A stretch of 64,000 nt of DNA from Leucoraja ocellata. Its lineage: Eukaryota. Positions 49,882-62,620 of the stretch are shown here, one piece after another; within the stretch, counting starts at the first letter, position 1, and each line of letters opens with the position of its first letter. The notes below the pieces were generated by a model, which did not search any database, had not been told where the DNA came from, and was given only the letters and a program-made list of their open reading frames with translations. Location of the stretch: the NCBI GenBank assembly GCA_036785375.1, contig JAWMAR010000485.1:62001-126000 (forward strand), in the 5' to 3' direction. Made by a program: the position numbers and the translations under genes.

Positions 49882-50180
49882 TTCAGTTCAGAGATACAGC
49901 GCTGAAACAGGCCCTTTGGCCCACCGAGTCTGCACCAACCAGAGATCCCCGCACGTTAACACCACCCCACACATACTAGGGACAATTATTTTTACATTTA
50001 TTCCAAGTCAATTAACCTACAAACCTCCGTGGTGTACGTCTTTGGAGTGTGGAAGGAAACTGAGGATCTCGGAGAAAACGCACGCGGGTAACGTACAAAC
50101 TCCGTGCTGACAGCACTTGTAGTCGGGATCGAACCCAGGTCTCAGGCGCAGTAAGGCAGTAGCTCTACGACTACGCCAAT
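49882..50180 (-). mobile_element. HE1-like V-SINE
   Basis: GATCGAACCCAGGTCTC (reverse B box), reverse V core and tail. Confidence 0.82.
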
Positions 50181-50190
50181 GTGTTGACCC

Positions 50191-50473
50191 AGTGATGCAG
50201 CAGTAGAGTTGCTGCCTTACATCGCCAGAGACCCTGGTTCGATCCTGACTACAGGTGCTGTCTGTATGGAGTTTGTATGTTCTCCGCTGACTGTGTGGGT
50301 TTTCTCCGGGTGCTCCGGTTTCCTTCCACATTCCAAAGATGTGCAAGTTTGTAGGTTAATTGGCTTATGTAAATTGTCCCCAAGGAGTAGTGTAAGATAG
50401 AACCGGTGATCATTGGTAGGCGTGGACTTGGTGGGTTAAAGGGCCTATTTCCACGCTGTTTCTCTGAACTAAT
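50191..50473 (+). mobile_element. HE1-like V-SINE
   Basis: GGTTCGATCC, V core, tail. Confidence 0.88.
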
Positions 50474-51927
50474 CTGCATTACGGCATAGAGGGAATGCTC
50501 AACAAGTCAGGGTACGGTACAAATTTGTGCTGGTGTTCAAATTTTGGAGGAGGATGTTGGCATAAGGATCTCATTCAGATTTACAAGGGAACCAATCTTA
50601 ACTGTGACAGGGTAACATTTACAGCAAATCAATATTTTATACACAGCTATAAAACTAATAGCAACCATATGCATGGGATGCAGGGCTCTGAACTGAAGTT
50701 TGTTGACTGGAATGATACTATGATCAGTACTGTATTATTGTAGCAAAGGCGAAACTGATGGGGAGGTGGCAAGTGAATTCCAATTCTGAAACAGTAGATG
50801 CAACATGGCTTATTTGCTTTATCTTGTTTTGGAACCTTGAAAGATATAGAGAGAGAGGTTAAGTCTCAAATGGCATCTGCATCTCAGATCAATAGGAAAT
50901 ATGTCCAGTGTTTAAAAATGCATACACTTTCCTTAGTGTTGTGTCTCACTGATCTATTGCATGCAATTACAACTACATGAGAATCCTCAGTCTAAATGCA
51001 ATCTCTGCTGTTGGAACTACAGTATGTACTAATTCTAATTCTAGATGACATATTAAATGTTAATTTAATTGCACAATTGGCCGCTTTGTATAGCAAAATA
51101 AGATTGCATTGAGATGAAACTGTTTTTGTAATTTCTCTTGGCTGTCAAAACTTTCAGTGGCAAGAGAGTAGTCCTGTACTAATATTAATTCCCTGGAATT
51201 TTGGAACCATTGTCCACAGAGTGCATGAAGGTTACATCGTGATGGACAGAAGGTCTAATGTGGAACGGTATAGTTACAATCGAATAATTACCATTAGGCC
51301 TTATTATTGTTTATGTATGCGAACAAATATTTGTTTTGCTTTGCAAAAATTGAATGGGATGCAATGGAACAGTAACCATTTATTTTGACTAAATTAATCT
51401 TGCAACTAAGACGTAATAAGTCATGTTAGCTAAAAGGACCTTTTGTGCAAGTGGAATAAATTGGTTTCACTGTTTGCGTTTATGGATCAACATAGTGCAA
51501 AGTCACAAGGAGCTACCAAAAAACATATTGCTTGCTCGCAAACTCTGCTCCAGCTTAGGATCGCTAACACTAAAACGTCAAATGATAAAACTTATTTAAG
51601 GCACTCTTAGTTAATGCATTACCAAATAATAATACTCTTAATTATGGTCCTCATCTATTCAATTACTAATCTTAAATACCTACAATGAAAACTACAAGGT
51701 CTCATTGGCTGATGACACGAAGATTGGTAGCATTGTAAATGTAAACCTGTGCTCAAATGATTTGAACATTGGCAAAGTTGAGTTTATGTACTTTGGACCT
51801 AAATAAATGAAAGAAGAGCAAACTTTCTACAATTGGAAAGCTAGAATAGGAGAAGACTCAAATGTCTACAATCTTTGGAATCCGGTGATTATTATTATGC
51901 AACCACTCCACACGCGTCTTGCTCATG

Positions 51928-51986
51928 TTTGATGCACAGAGCTGTATTTAACTGTAGAATATTTGATGCACAGAGCTGTATTTAAC
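51928..51986. repeat. Short tandem duplication (period 34)
   Basis: TTTGATGCACAGAGCTGTATTTAAC at 51928 and 51962. Confidence 0.9.
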
Positions 51987-53229
51987 GAGAATATTTAACT
52001 GTACACATATGGGCATAATCAAGACTTTACCTCCTAGTGTTCTAGTACTGTGTGGTATTTTGAGCCCCATACCCAAGGATATTGTCACTGGATAATGCAG
52101 TTCATATGCATCAATATGATGTTCAAATAGATGGAGGGAATTAGACGATAGATTAGATCAAAGTTGGAGCACATAATTCTGGATACCATTCTTTGAGAAT
52201 AGGTCAATTGGCCTTGGGAGCAGAGCAGCCTAGATTTATGAGAATATTACTTGGATTCCAAGGGTTAAATTACAATGAGAACCGTTTTGCCCTGGAGTAA
52301 AGAAGAGTAAGAAGGAATGAACAAAGTTTTCAAGATTCTCAGGGGACCTGTTTTGGTGGAAAGAGAAGATTATTACAGCTGGTTGATAGGTCTGGGGCAA
52401 GTTGAAGTGATTGGGCCTTTGAACATATTGGGAAAGACTGGTTCATGGAAAAGGGGGTGGATGTATGGAATTCTGCTCCACTCCTAGAGTCATACATCAT
52501 GGAAACAGGCCCAAGATGTCTAAGCTGGTCCTATATGCCCACGTTTGACACGTTTTCTTCTAAACCCTCCTATCCATGTACTTAAGTCCAAATGTCTTAA
52601 GTGTTGTTACTACATATAAAGATTAAATATAACATTTATAATAATATTAATAACATAATATTAAATGTTAGATATAAGATCTGACTGTGGGTAGTAAAGG
52701 ATTTGGAGCAAAGGCAGAGAAATAAAGTTCCATCTTAGATCTGTCATAATGCCAAAGGACACATTAGGATTGAGGAGCTGAGCGCCTGACACACATCCCT
52801 TGTTCATGAACTACTACCCTCAACCTCACCACTGGGCTCAAGTTCAGGCAGCTCTGATTTGAGCAACACATGAGCTCAATGTATTGCAGTTTCTTTCAAA
52901 TGTTGCTGTTTATTGAGGGGAAAGACATGAAGTTGTGTTTTCCAGATGTCAATTCAGGGTTTTAAAGTGTAACCTACTGCAGTCCTTCATATTGTTTAAA
53001 TAGCTACGTGGAGCATAAAGTAAAACAGGCAGTATAGACTCATTGACTAATCAGATTTGACAGATCTGCAGAGTTGGAGATTTCAGCCCTTCATTCACCA
53101 TTAATATTGTAGACAGCAATATTCCAACAGTGTAACTGGAGGAGGGAATCGGGTTACCCAGACAGAAAAGATAGTTCCCAGAAATGAGAAAGGATCCGAA
53201 AGATGCATTAGAGGATGATCTCGATCCGT

Positions 53230-53358
53230 CTGAAGAAGGGTCTCAAACCAAAACATCACCTATTCCTTTTCTCCAGAGATACTGCCTGAGCCGCTGTGTT
53301 ACTCCAGCATTTTGTATCTACCTTTGGTGTATACCACAATCTGCAGTTCCTTCCTGCA
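53230..53358 (+). mobile_element. Penelope mini-element, sense arm
   Basis: CTGAAGAAGGGTCTCAAACCAAAACATC...CTGCAGTTCCTTCC; AAGATGCATT duplicated in the flanks. Confidence 0.75.
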
Positions 53359-54129
53359 TCGGAAGATGCATTGCCAGGTTAAGAAATAAATGGATGGGTG
53401 GTGTGTTTGGAGGTAAATGATAGTAGAGAGTATTTGGGCCAAGTGGTCAGGCATGATGGAGTGCACTTATGTTATTAGTAAATTTGGAAATTCATTGAAA
53501 ATAATAGATAAAACAGAAATATAATCTTGTTTGTTACATGCTTTCTGCACTCACCAGCTTCTTGCGGTCCTCCCACAATCTTTTCTGTCGGCAAAAACAG
53601 GCCTGTGTGGGGCAAACTGAGGCTGTTGCAAATGGTGTTTTTGCAAATGAGAGTCTGGCTAAAATGCTACGAGCAATGAAATGAATGACGTGAGAATATT
53701 TGTTCAGAAGCAGCCAGAATCTACAGCAGCAGTCAGACTACATTTGCTGGAGGCATGGCGAGGCGAGATTGTGGCTGTGGCAATGTGTTTCAGCAGTTGC
53801 TATTCTTGCAAACAAGCAAGCAGCAGAACCACTCAACGAACAGAGTGTATGATTAAGGGAAGACTAGCTTGCCCCTAGCAACCTGTACAGGACATTATAG
53901 TGAATCCAGCAAGTATCACTATCCAGTAGCAATATGCCTCACCTTTCCAAGTACAGTATTTTAATATAATACCAGGAATCTGCACAATTTCAGTTTCATC
54001 CCAGGAACACATAGCTGGCATATTCCTCCAGTTGCCTGATTGTGATTGTGAGTTCCCCTGGTCCTCATCTTTCACCCAACACCCTCTGCAGCCAACACAT
54101 CTTTCTCTGACACTTCCGCCATCTTCAAC

Positions 54130-54822
54130 AATTGACTTTTCAGCAGTCCCATCTTTCCAGACCCCTTTCTACATGTTTTTGGTTTGCTTATCCCTTCCCA
54201 CCAAACCAGCCCTTGCACTGGCACTTTCCTCTGCAACTGCAGGAGATGCAATTCCTGCCCCTTCAGCCCCAATTTAACATCCATCCAGGGACCCCAGCAG
54301 CTCTTTCAGGTGAAATAGAGATACGAGTGCACCTCTTCCAACCTCATCTATTGCTGTTGGTGCTCCCGATGTGGCCTCCTTTACATCAGCAAGACCAAGC
54401 ATAGACTAGGTGACCATGTCAACCTTTCTGTTCTAGGCCTCCTCCATTGCCAGAGTAAGGCTGCACATAAATTGTAAGAGCAGCACCTTATATTCCACAT
54501 GGGTAGCATACAACCCAAATATTTGAGAAATGCATTCTCCAAATAATCAGCTCCCATTTTCTCTCCCTTTCCCCTGTCCCCTCGCCCACCACAGTGCACA
54601 CACATTTCTTCCAACTTCTCCTCCCACTCTACTCACACTATCCCTTTCTCCTCCTCTACGTTCAACCCTTTTCCAGCTTTCTCTCCCCAACTCCATCAGT
54701 CAGAAGAAATGTTCCGTCCCGAAACGGCCCCTGTCCACTCCTTCCACATGTGCTGCCTGACCTGCTGAGTTCTTCCAGCGCTTTGTGTTTTGCTCAGGAT
54801 TCCACGATCTGCAACTTCTTGC
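54130..54822 (+). pseudogene. Penelope-like (Neptune-type) 3' remnant: Cys-rich linker, GIY-YIG endonuclease and hammerhead-bearing tail
   Basis: One frame from 54220 reads GTFLCNCRRCNSCP...QVK*RYECTSSNLIYCCWCSRCGLLYISKTKHRLGD...LGLLHCQSKAAHKL*EQHLIFHMGSIQP; tail 54697-54822 matches the mini-element arm. Confidence 0.88.
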
Positions 54823-55638
54823 GACTCCTGCTTGTGATTGGTGGTATCTGATTCACAATTCTATTGAAGGCTGCTGACTCTTCTTTCCTCCGCCATCTCC
54901 ATTGGTTATTGAAGTGACTGAACAGCAGGTTTTGTTACACCGTCCAATGTCTTTGGGTGTGCCACATATTGAACAAAGGTACATGGAGTTCCCTTTGGCT
55001 CGGTGCATGGCAGTGGAGATGACAGTTCTCTGTGCACTGGGTTGACAGTCAGTAGAGAACAAACATCTAGTCGAAACAAAACACCTTCATCTCCACTTCC
55101 CTCCTTATGCCCATACCCTACCCCGGCTTCTGTCATTTTCCTTCAATGTATTTGAGAGTCTGGCAACAACAAATTGGATTTCTGCAGCTTCTTTGACATA
55201 ATATTTTACTGGAGCAGATTGAACAAAAATTGCTACCTAGCTTTTTCACCAATAGCCTGCCTGTGCTAAAAGGTATCTTTGATGCCAAAGCAAGCAGAAT
55301 ATGATCTGCTAGATACAGGTCAGTGCAAGAGGTTGGCTGCATCACTTACATCCAATCACGGATGAAAGAAGCCAAGCAAACCATTGTATTCAATCCGCCC
55401 AGAAGATTTCTTGACACCTGTGGGCCCCACCCATGATTTTTCTGGTTTGTGAGTTTATTTATTTTTGATTCCAAGCTCAAGTCTATAGTTCTGCATTTTC
55501 TGCAGTCTTGGGAAGGTTATAGATTTGTGCAGCAGAGAAATAGGTCCATCAGCCCACCATTTCCCTATCAACCATGCATATACCGATCATACTAGTTCCA
55601 TTTACCTGCATGCAGTCTGTCAAGGTTTATCAATATTC

Positions 55639-55741
55639 AGTCTGAAGAAGGGTCCCAACCTGAGACCTCACATATCCATGTTCTTCAGGGATGCTGCCTG
55701 ACCCGCTGAGTTATACCAGCACTTTGTGTCATTTAAAAAAA
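55639..55741 (+). mobile_element. Penelope mini-element, single short arm
   Basis: AGTCTGAAGAAGGGTCCCAACCTGAGAC...CCAGCACTTTGTGTC; TSD ATCAATATTC at 55629-55638 and 55742-55751. Confidence 0.78.
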
Positions 55742-56208
55742 ATCAATATTCTAATTCTGTTGATCTAATTCAAAAAATTTACACTGACAGATCAGCAAGA
55801 TGTGCTGCATTACAAAGCATTAATTATTGTGAATAAAATCACTCTCTAATCTGTTATCCGTCTTCTGCTCGATGTTGAATTACCAGGGTTTTTGTCTTTA
55901 TATTTTTGTGTTCAGTGTTCAGTTATGCTGACAGCTTGTCATCCGTCATTCTGACATGATAAAAGAATGTCATGACAACGCAAAAGCACTTGGCAAGTGA
56001 GGGCATCAAGACCTCAAGAAGAGGAATGAAAAATTGTGAGGCATTTCTTTTAATTTAATGGGGGAGTTGAATGAACAATGGAGCAAGACAAATGGTTAAA
56101 TTACATTTGTTAGCTAGTTTTGGGACAAAACTGTGGATTTGCCTCGGCCTAGCATAGCCTCAGCACAGGAGGTAGCACAAATGCGCAGTTAGTAGAGTCA
56201 CTGTTTTA

Positions 56209-56528
56209 GAGGCAGCACAGTGGTGCAGCGGTAGAGTTCCTGCCCTACTGCGCCAGAGCTGCAAGTTAGATCTTGACAACGGGTGCTGTCTGTACGGAGT
56301 TTGTGCGTTCTCTCTGTGACCGCGTGGATATTCTCCAGGTGTTCCGTTTTCCACTCACATTCCAAAGAAGGCAGGTTTGCATGTTAATTGGCTTCTGTAA
56401 ATTGTCCCCAGTGTGTCGGATAGAACTTGTGTACAGATAATCGTTGGTCAGCGCGGACTCGGTGGGCCGAAGAGCCTGTTTCCACACTGGAGCTCTATAC
56501 TAAACAAATCTCTAAACTAAATTAAACT
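56209..56528 (+). mobile_element. HE1-like V-SINE
   Basis: Head, V core, GGGCCGAAGAGCCTGTTTCC tail. Confidence 0.88.
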
Positions 56529-56653
56529 CTTAACTATATTGTCTCACAACGCTTGCGACCCCGGTTCAATCCTGGAGTTCACACAATATCCATGTACCAC
56601 ATGATTTTTTTTTCCCGAATGTTCTGCTTCCACCCATATCCCAAAGACATACA

Positions 56654-56787
56654 GTGTAGGAAGGAACTGCAGATGCTGTTTTAAACCGAGGATGGGCACA
56701 AAATGCTGGAGTAACTCAGCGGGACAGGCAGCATCTCTGGAGAGAAGGAATGCGTGGCGTTTCGGGTCGAGACCCTTCTTCAGACTG
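56654..56787 (-). mobile_element. Penelope mini-element inserted in an older SINE
   Basis: GTGTAGGAAGGAACTGCAGATGCTG...GAGACCCTTCTTCAGACTG; TSD AGACATACA at 56645-56653 and 56788-56796. Confidence 0.85.
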
Positions 56788-58556
56788 AGACATACATTTT
56801 GGAAGGTTAATTGGCCACTGTAAATTACCTCTTATGCTTAGGTGTTCTAGTAGGCTCTTGGAGTGGGGGGTATTAATGGGTATATGGGGTGAATAGGTTG
56901 GAAGGAAATTTAGTGGGTAATTGGCAATGCTCCAAAACCCAGTATGAGCACAATGCTAAGAGCCTGCCTTACATGTCATAAGAAAATAGGGTAACATAGA
57001 AATCCTCATTAACACCATTACCATGCCACCTATTGCTTCAGTGGAAGAATTGTGTTATTTTGTTCTATATCTTGAGCTGTCATGGTTTAAAGTCACATTT
57101 CAACGCAATATTCCAGTGCGCTGACCTACCTCAGAATGCAACATTAAATTGGGATACAAATCAAAATACTGCAGATGCTGGAAATTTGAAATAAAAACAG
57201 AAAATGCCACAAACAATCAGCAGAACAGAGGGCACCTGTTGACGGGACTGTGACTGAAATGTTAACTGTTTCACTTTCCGCAGATTGTTACTTGACGATA
57301 TAATGTGCTTTAGGGGATGTTGTCAGCATCTTTCTCTTCACTAGATAAGATGGGATAAATTCTGAATTTAACACAAAATAACACAAAATGCTTATTATTT
57401 AGTCCAAGAATGTTTATTTGTCATTTATCAGTGCTCTCACCAGTTTCTGCATTTTCTATATTAAAATTATAGTTTTGTACAGTCCATCCATTGAATGCAA
57501 TAGACACAAAGGTAAAGAGTGAAGTTCTCAGTGTCCTGACCAACCCTGAACCAGTGCTAGTCACTTATCCCTTTGTGGAACCTTGTATGCTAAATGTCCA
57601 CTTTATTTCTGAGATCACAGTGATCACATGTTCGTTGGGAGTGGAGCGCATTGGGACGTTTTGAGTTGGGAAGAGCAATTGTATTTCCCGTTTGTTCATA
57701 TTTGACATCTGTTTTTTATTTTCATACTCTATTTTCTCAGCCCTTTCTTTGGACCGGTGCAAAAAGCACTGGAAATGCGCTTTAAAAGATTGTTCTTCCC
57801 ACTGTGCTTATTAGTCAGTCGTAGAAGGTTTATTGTGCCAGTTGTCAGTGCTCCTCACCCACTGCTCCAGTTCCTGCAGCTCTGGAACAGATCACTCGCC
57901 TTCATTTGAAATAATTAATTGAATCTCTGCCCCCAAGGAGTACTCATTAAGGAGACAACCTTTCTATTGGTTACTGTTTCCAGATTGTGGTTATTTTGGT
58001 ATTTACTGGAAATCGCCATTCTGGTTTTGATTTGTACATGGGCAAAGACTTTATTAAGATTTCTAAATTATTTTTACTTTGTTAAACCAATTTATTGATT
58101 CTGTACACTGTATGTATTTAGAAGGACAGGCGGTGGATCTGGTGCTAAAATAATTGAGCACTTTATCAACTGCTTCGTTTTAAGGAAGAGGACCAGGGTT
58201 TGAGTAACGGCTGACCAATTTCATTAGAGGTTATCGATGCTTCTTAAAGGTCAACATTAAGGTTCCCATAACTGTATCTAATTGTTACTGAGATGGAAAC
58301 AGTCATTTGAAAATGGGCATGTTACTGTAGTAATTCCACTTCCATCGACAAATAGTTAATATTTGAGCTCAGCTCGATTGGAAGATGTCTGAGAACAAGG
58401 AGAACAATGGCCTTTTGCACCTCTTTGTAAAAGCTAGGTCATTAGTTCCATTCCCCCGCAGTACAATTTATTTTGCTCTTTAGGAATGTGTCTAATTTCC
58501 TTCAGCGAGTTACTATTCATTGTATCTCCATCACTTTTTTGGGTAGCGCAGTCCAT

Positions 58557-60156
58557 ACATCTCCAATTATTTTTTCCCAGTTACCTCAACTGTGCATTCT
58601 CCAGCAACTGTTAATCCACATCCACACTCCTACACAATAAGAGATACTGCTCAGAAATAGTGGAGCTAATAACAAATAATCCCACTATAATGGAATTGTA
58701 GAATTACAGAATTGTTATAGCACAGAAGGAGGCTATTCAGCCCATTGTGCCTCTACGGGCTCTGATCCTCTTCCCGAACTTTCCCATATTTATTTTCAGG
58801 TCTCTATTGAAAGCCACAATTGATTCTGTTTTTGGTGCCTCTATAACTGCTGAGTTCCAGATCACACTGCTTTACAGCTTTCCATCTCATCCCTCTTGTC
58901 TCTTTGGCTCCAACATTTCAAAAAAATAATCTGTGCTCCCTGTTCAGTGAAGCAATTCAAATGGGAACAGCTTCCCTCAACTCACCCTTTCTAACTTAGT
59001 CATGATCAATTCTCAACCTTCTTTGTCCAAGGAGAACAAGCACAGCCATCACCATTCTACCTTTGTAGCTAAAGTCCCTCATGCCCAGATCCATTTCCAG
59101 TGAAGATTTTCCATAACCTCTCCAGGATCTTTACACTCTTCCTCAAGCGGGCAGACCTGAATTGGATGTTAACATTAAGTGCATAGATAGATTAACTTGC
59201 AACACTTGTCCCTATGAAAGCTCCACTTGATGAGCCATTCACCTATCATGATGTTATCTGAGACTTTGTAATAAAGATCAAAAGGGCCGCACCAATTACG
59301 ATGTTTCATCAAGGAACTTTTCGCGAAATGTTATTTGCACATGTGACATTTTGCACAACTATTAGCCTTCACCTTAGACTTCACCTTTTGGGCTACCAGA
59401 CTTGGGATTGTCATCTACCTTTACACAAATATTCAAAATGTACATGGTGCAGTAAGTAAATGGTTTAAAACAATCACTGTGGTTATGATTCTCCAACCCC
59501 TTAGGATTCTGTATCCTCCTGAATAAGTGAAATCCTTGCATGACCTGTGTACCGATTGATCCACACAACTCCACTATGACTGGTTAAAATGAGAGTTGAC
59601 CAACCCTCCACAAACAAGAAACAAATAACGAGAAACCTAGTTCATGGTGGATGTGAGTTGCTGATAGGTTCAAAATAACATTTTGAGATTATTGGTATTA
59701 CATACAATGCAAATCTTCTGTTTTACACACATTTTATTTTCAGTGAACGGTACAATTTGTTTTTCATCAAAGGCTCCACATGCTCAGCCCTGACATCCAT
59801 CCCATTTCATGAGTTAGCTTTAAGGAAATCAAGGAATATGGGGAGAAAGCAGGAATGGGGTACTGATTTTGGATGATCAGCCATGATCATATTGAATGGT
59901 GGTGCGGGCTCGAAGGATTGTACTCCTGCACCCATTTTCTATGTTTCATCTCTGTATCAACCATCCACTTTCCCCAAACAAGGAAACACAGAGAGATCAT
60001 GGACGCCTCCCAAAGAATACTGCAAGTGTAGCTGGACATCTCCAATTTGTTTTTCCTAGTTACCTTAACTGTCCATTCTCCAGCAACTGTTAATATCACA
60101 CATCACCACCCCTATACAATAACAGATACAGCTCAGAAATAGCGACGCTAAAACAA
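58557..60156 (+). repeat. Pair of diverged ~120-bp direct repeats (58557-58675 and 60036-60156)
   Basis: Shared ACATCTCCAATT...AGTTACCT(C/T)AACTGT(G/C)CATTCTCCAGCAACTGTTAAT...GCTCAGAAATAG. Confidence 0.85.
59820..59946 (+). mobile_element. CR1 3' end
   Basis: GGATGATCAGCCATGATCATATTGAATGG...TTTCTATGTTTC. Confidence 0.8.
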
Positions 60157-60847
60157 CAGCACATTCATTGGTCACAGTAAAGTTCTCTGCAACAAATATT
60201 AATATCTGCAACAAGATTAATATATGATTCATTACTTTGTATAGCTGGTGGATAGTGAGTTGCGACCAGACGGTTATGTACTTTTCTCCTGTTCTTTCCT
60301 ATCTTGGCATTCTGGCATTCTTATACTATCTCAGTGATAATTGCTGCATTTTTAGCTCTGAATGCTCTATGGATTCCTTACTAAAATCTTCCTCGAACAT
60401 CATTTCTCCCTCCTTTTCCTCTACCATTGGAAGATGTGCCTGTGCCTTGCGGCTTAATGGACCAGAACTCTGTCCATTGCTCTATTCAGATTTGAAAGCT
60501 TGACCAATAATTCCAATTTCTGTTTAGCAACCCAAGTCTCAGAAATCTTGTACTGCTCAGGTTTCGCATGTTCGGAGTTCTTCAACAACAAATAGATTTT
60601 GCCGCCTTAAAAGTGATCACGATTAAATTTCAGAAAAGCAATAGATTATACCTGACAAAGTATAATTGACCAATCCTGGTGTTGTCTGTAGGCAATGCCA
60701 CAGGAAATTAGCCACTATGGTTGATTTGCTTTCATTATCCTCATTATATTTCTACATATTTGCCTGAAGCTGGAGCGTTATTTGAAAATGCCAGTATCTT
60801 TACTGTGGTACTGGGATAGAGGTTCCAATCCTTGTCTAGGTTTGGGT

Positions 60848-61093
60848 ACAGTGGTTGCTGCCTTATGTCGTCAGAGACCTGGGTTCGATCCTAACTATGG
60901 GTACTGTCTGTAAGGAGTCTGCACGATCTCCCTGGGACCACTTGAGCTTTCTCTGGGTGCTCCGGTTTCCTCCCCAATTCCAAAGATGTGCAGGTTTGTA
61001 GTCTAATTGGCTGTTGTAAATTATCCGATGGCTGGCTGGCGAGGTCTCGGTGGGCCGAAGGGCCTGTTTCCACATTTTATCTCTAAACTAAAC
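60848..61093 (+). mobile_element. HE1-like V-SINE
   Basis: GGTTCGATCC, V core, GGGCCGAAGGGCCTGTTTCC tail. Confidence 0.82.
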
Positions 61094-61624
61094 CACCTGA
61101 CCTTTGCTGCACTGTTGCTCAGTGGTACCAAGTGAGGTTCAAACTGGAGGGGTTGCTGTTGTGGTTCCTCACAAGCCCAATTATGGGCCAAACTGCAAGC
61201 GCAAACAATACCTCTTTCAATGTCAGCTGAAGAACAGCTCCCAGAAACATGAAACACTGCTTTCTCTTGTTTTCATTGCAGCTTTCGAGATACTTATAAA
61301 TAAATCCTGTGAGACAGTAAAGGGCCTGATCGAATGAGCAAGTTGACAAAGTCACTCCTTTATTGTGAGCAGGCCACGTGTTAGCTCACATTCTCTGTGG
61401 CGTTGTTGCCACAGTTCAGATCCACTAGGCGCAGCTGCACGATTGATGCCATGGAGTGCCTTTCCCCCAGGAGAAAGCACTGGAGCTGGAATGAGGCCAT
61501 ATGATGTCTTCTGTAGAGACTGTGTGAAGCACAAGAGCTTCAGTTAATAGGCCACTGGGTGTGGCTGCAACAAAGAAAGCACCATTTGGAAGGATCCAGC
61601 AGCACTGATTCCTAACTGGTGTGG

Positions 61625-62620
61625 TTTAGTTTAATGTAGAGACATTGCATGGAAACAGGCCCTAGGCCCAAGGAGTCCACACCGACCATTGATCACCCGT
61701 TCACACTCATTCTCTGTTTTCCCACTCACCCGTTGCTTACACACTATTTACAGGAGCCAGTTTACCTACAAAGCCGCAGGCCTTTGGGTTGTGGGAAGAA
61801 ACCTGAGTACCCGGATGAAACCCACATGGTCCTGGGGACGATATGCAAACCCACATCGTGCAGTAGATTTATTCACTCGGGCTGCTTTCCAATTTATAAA
61901 TATGTGGAGTCACACAGAGATACAGCATGGAGACAGGTCCTTTGGCTCACCAAGTCCAGGCTGATCATCAACCACTCATTGACACATATCCTAAATTACT
62001 CATTTTATTCTCTCCCTATTGCCATCAACTCTCCCCAGATTCTACCGCATATCTCCACGCTGGGGTTAATATACAACCATCAATTAACTCCCCGACCTGC
62101 ACACCTTTGAGAGAAGGAGGAAACTGGAGTACCCGGAGGAACCCCACGCAGTCACAGGGAGATTGTGCAAACTCCACAACAGAGGAATTGAGGCCTGGGG
62201 TAGATCAGCCACGAGTGCCGGATGAACGATTCTGCCACTACTCGGTGGGGAATCACTGGTGGAGCTTGGCCTGCAGGGCTGTGTAAGACTGGCAGCCATA
62301 ACACTCACTTTCCAGGTGACTGCTAGATTGGATTGGGTGGCAATCAAGGGGGCACAGTTGGCACAGCTGGCAGAACCGCTGCCTCACACCTCCAAGACCT
62401 TGGTTCAACTCTAATCTCTGTAACTGTCTGTGTGCAGTTTGCCCATTCTCCCTAGTTTCCACTGGATGCTCTCCTTTCTCCCATTTCCCAAAGCTGTACA
62501 GGCAGATTCATTGGACTCCAATAAATTGACCAGAGTGTGTAGGTCAGTGGTAGAACCTGAGGAGTTGAAGAGAATGTGGGAAGAATGAACATGAGATTAG
62601 TGTAGGGACTAGTGTAAATG
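61625..62620. mobile_element. Cluster of older V-SINEs (61625-61850 minus, ~61907-62180 minus, ~62349-62620 plus)
   Basis: Degenerate V cores (e.g. GGAAACTGGAGTACCCGGAGGAACCCCACGCAGTCACAGGGAGA) and tails. Confidence 0.7.
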
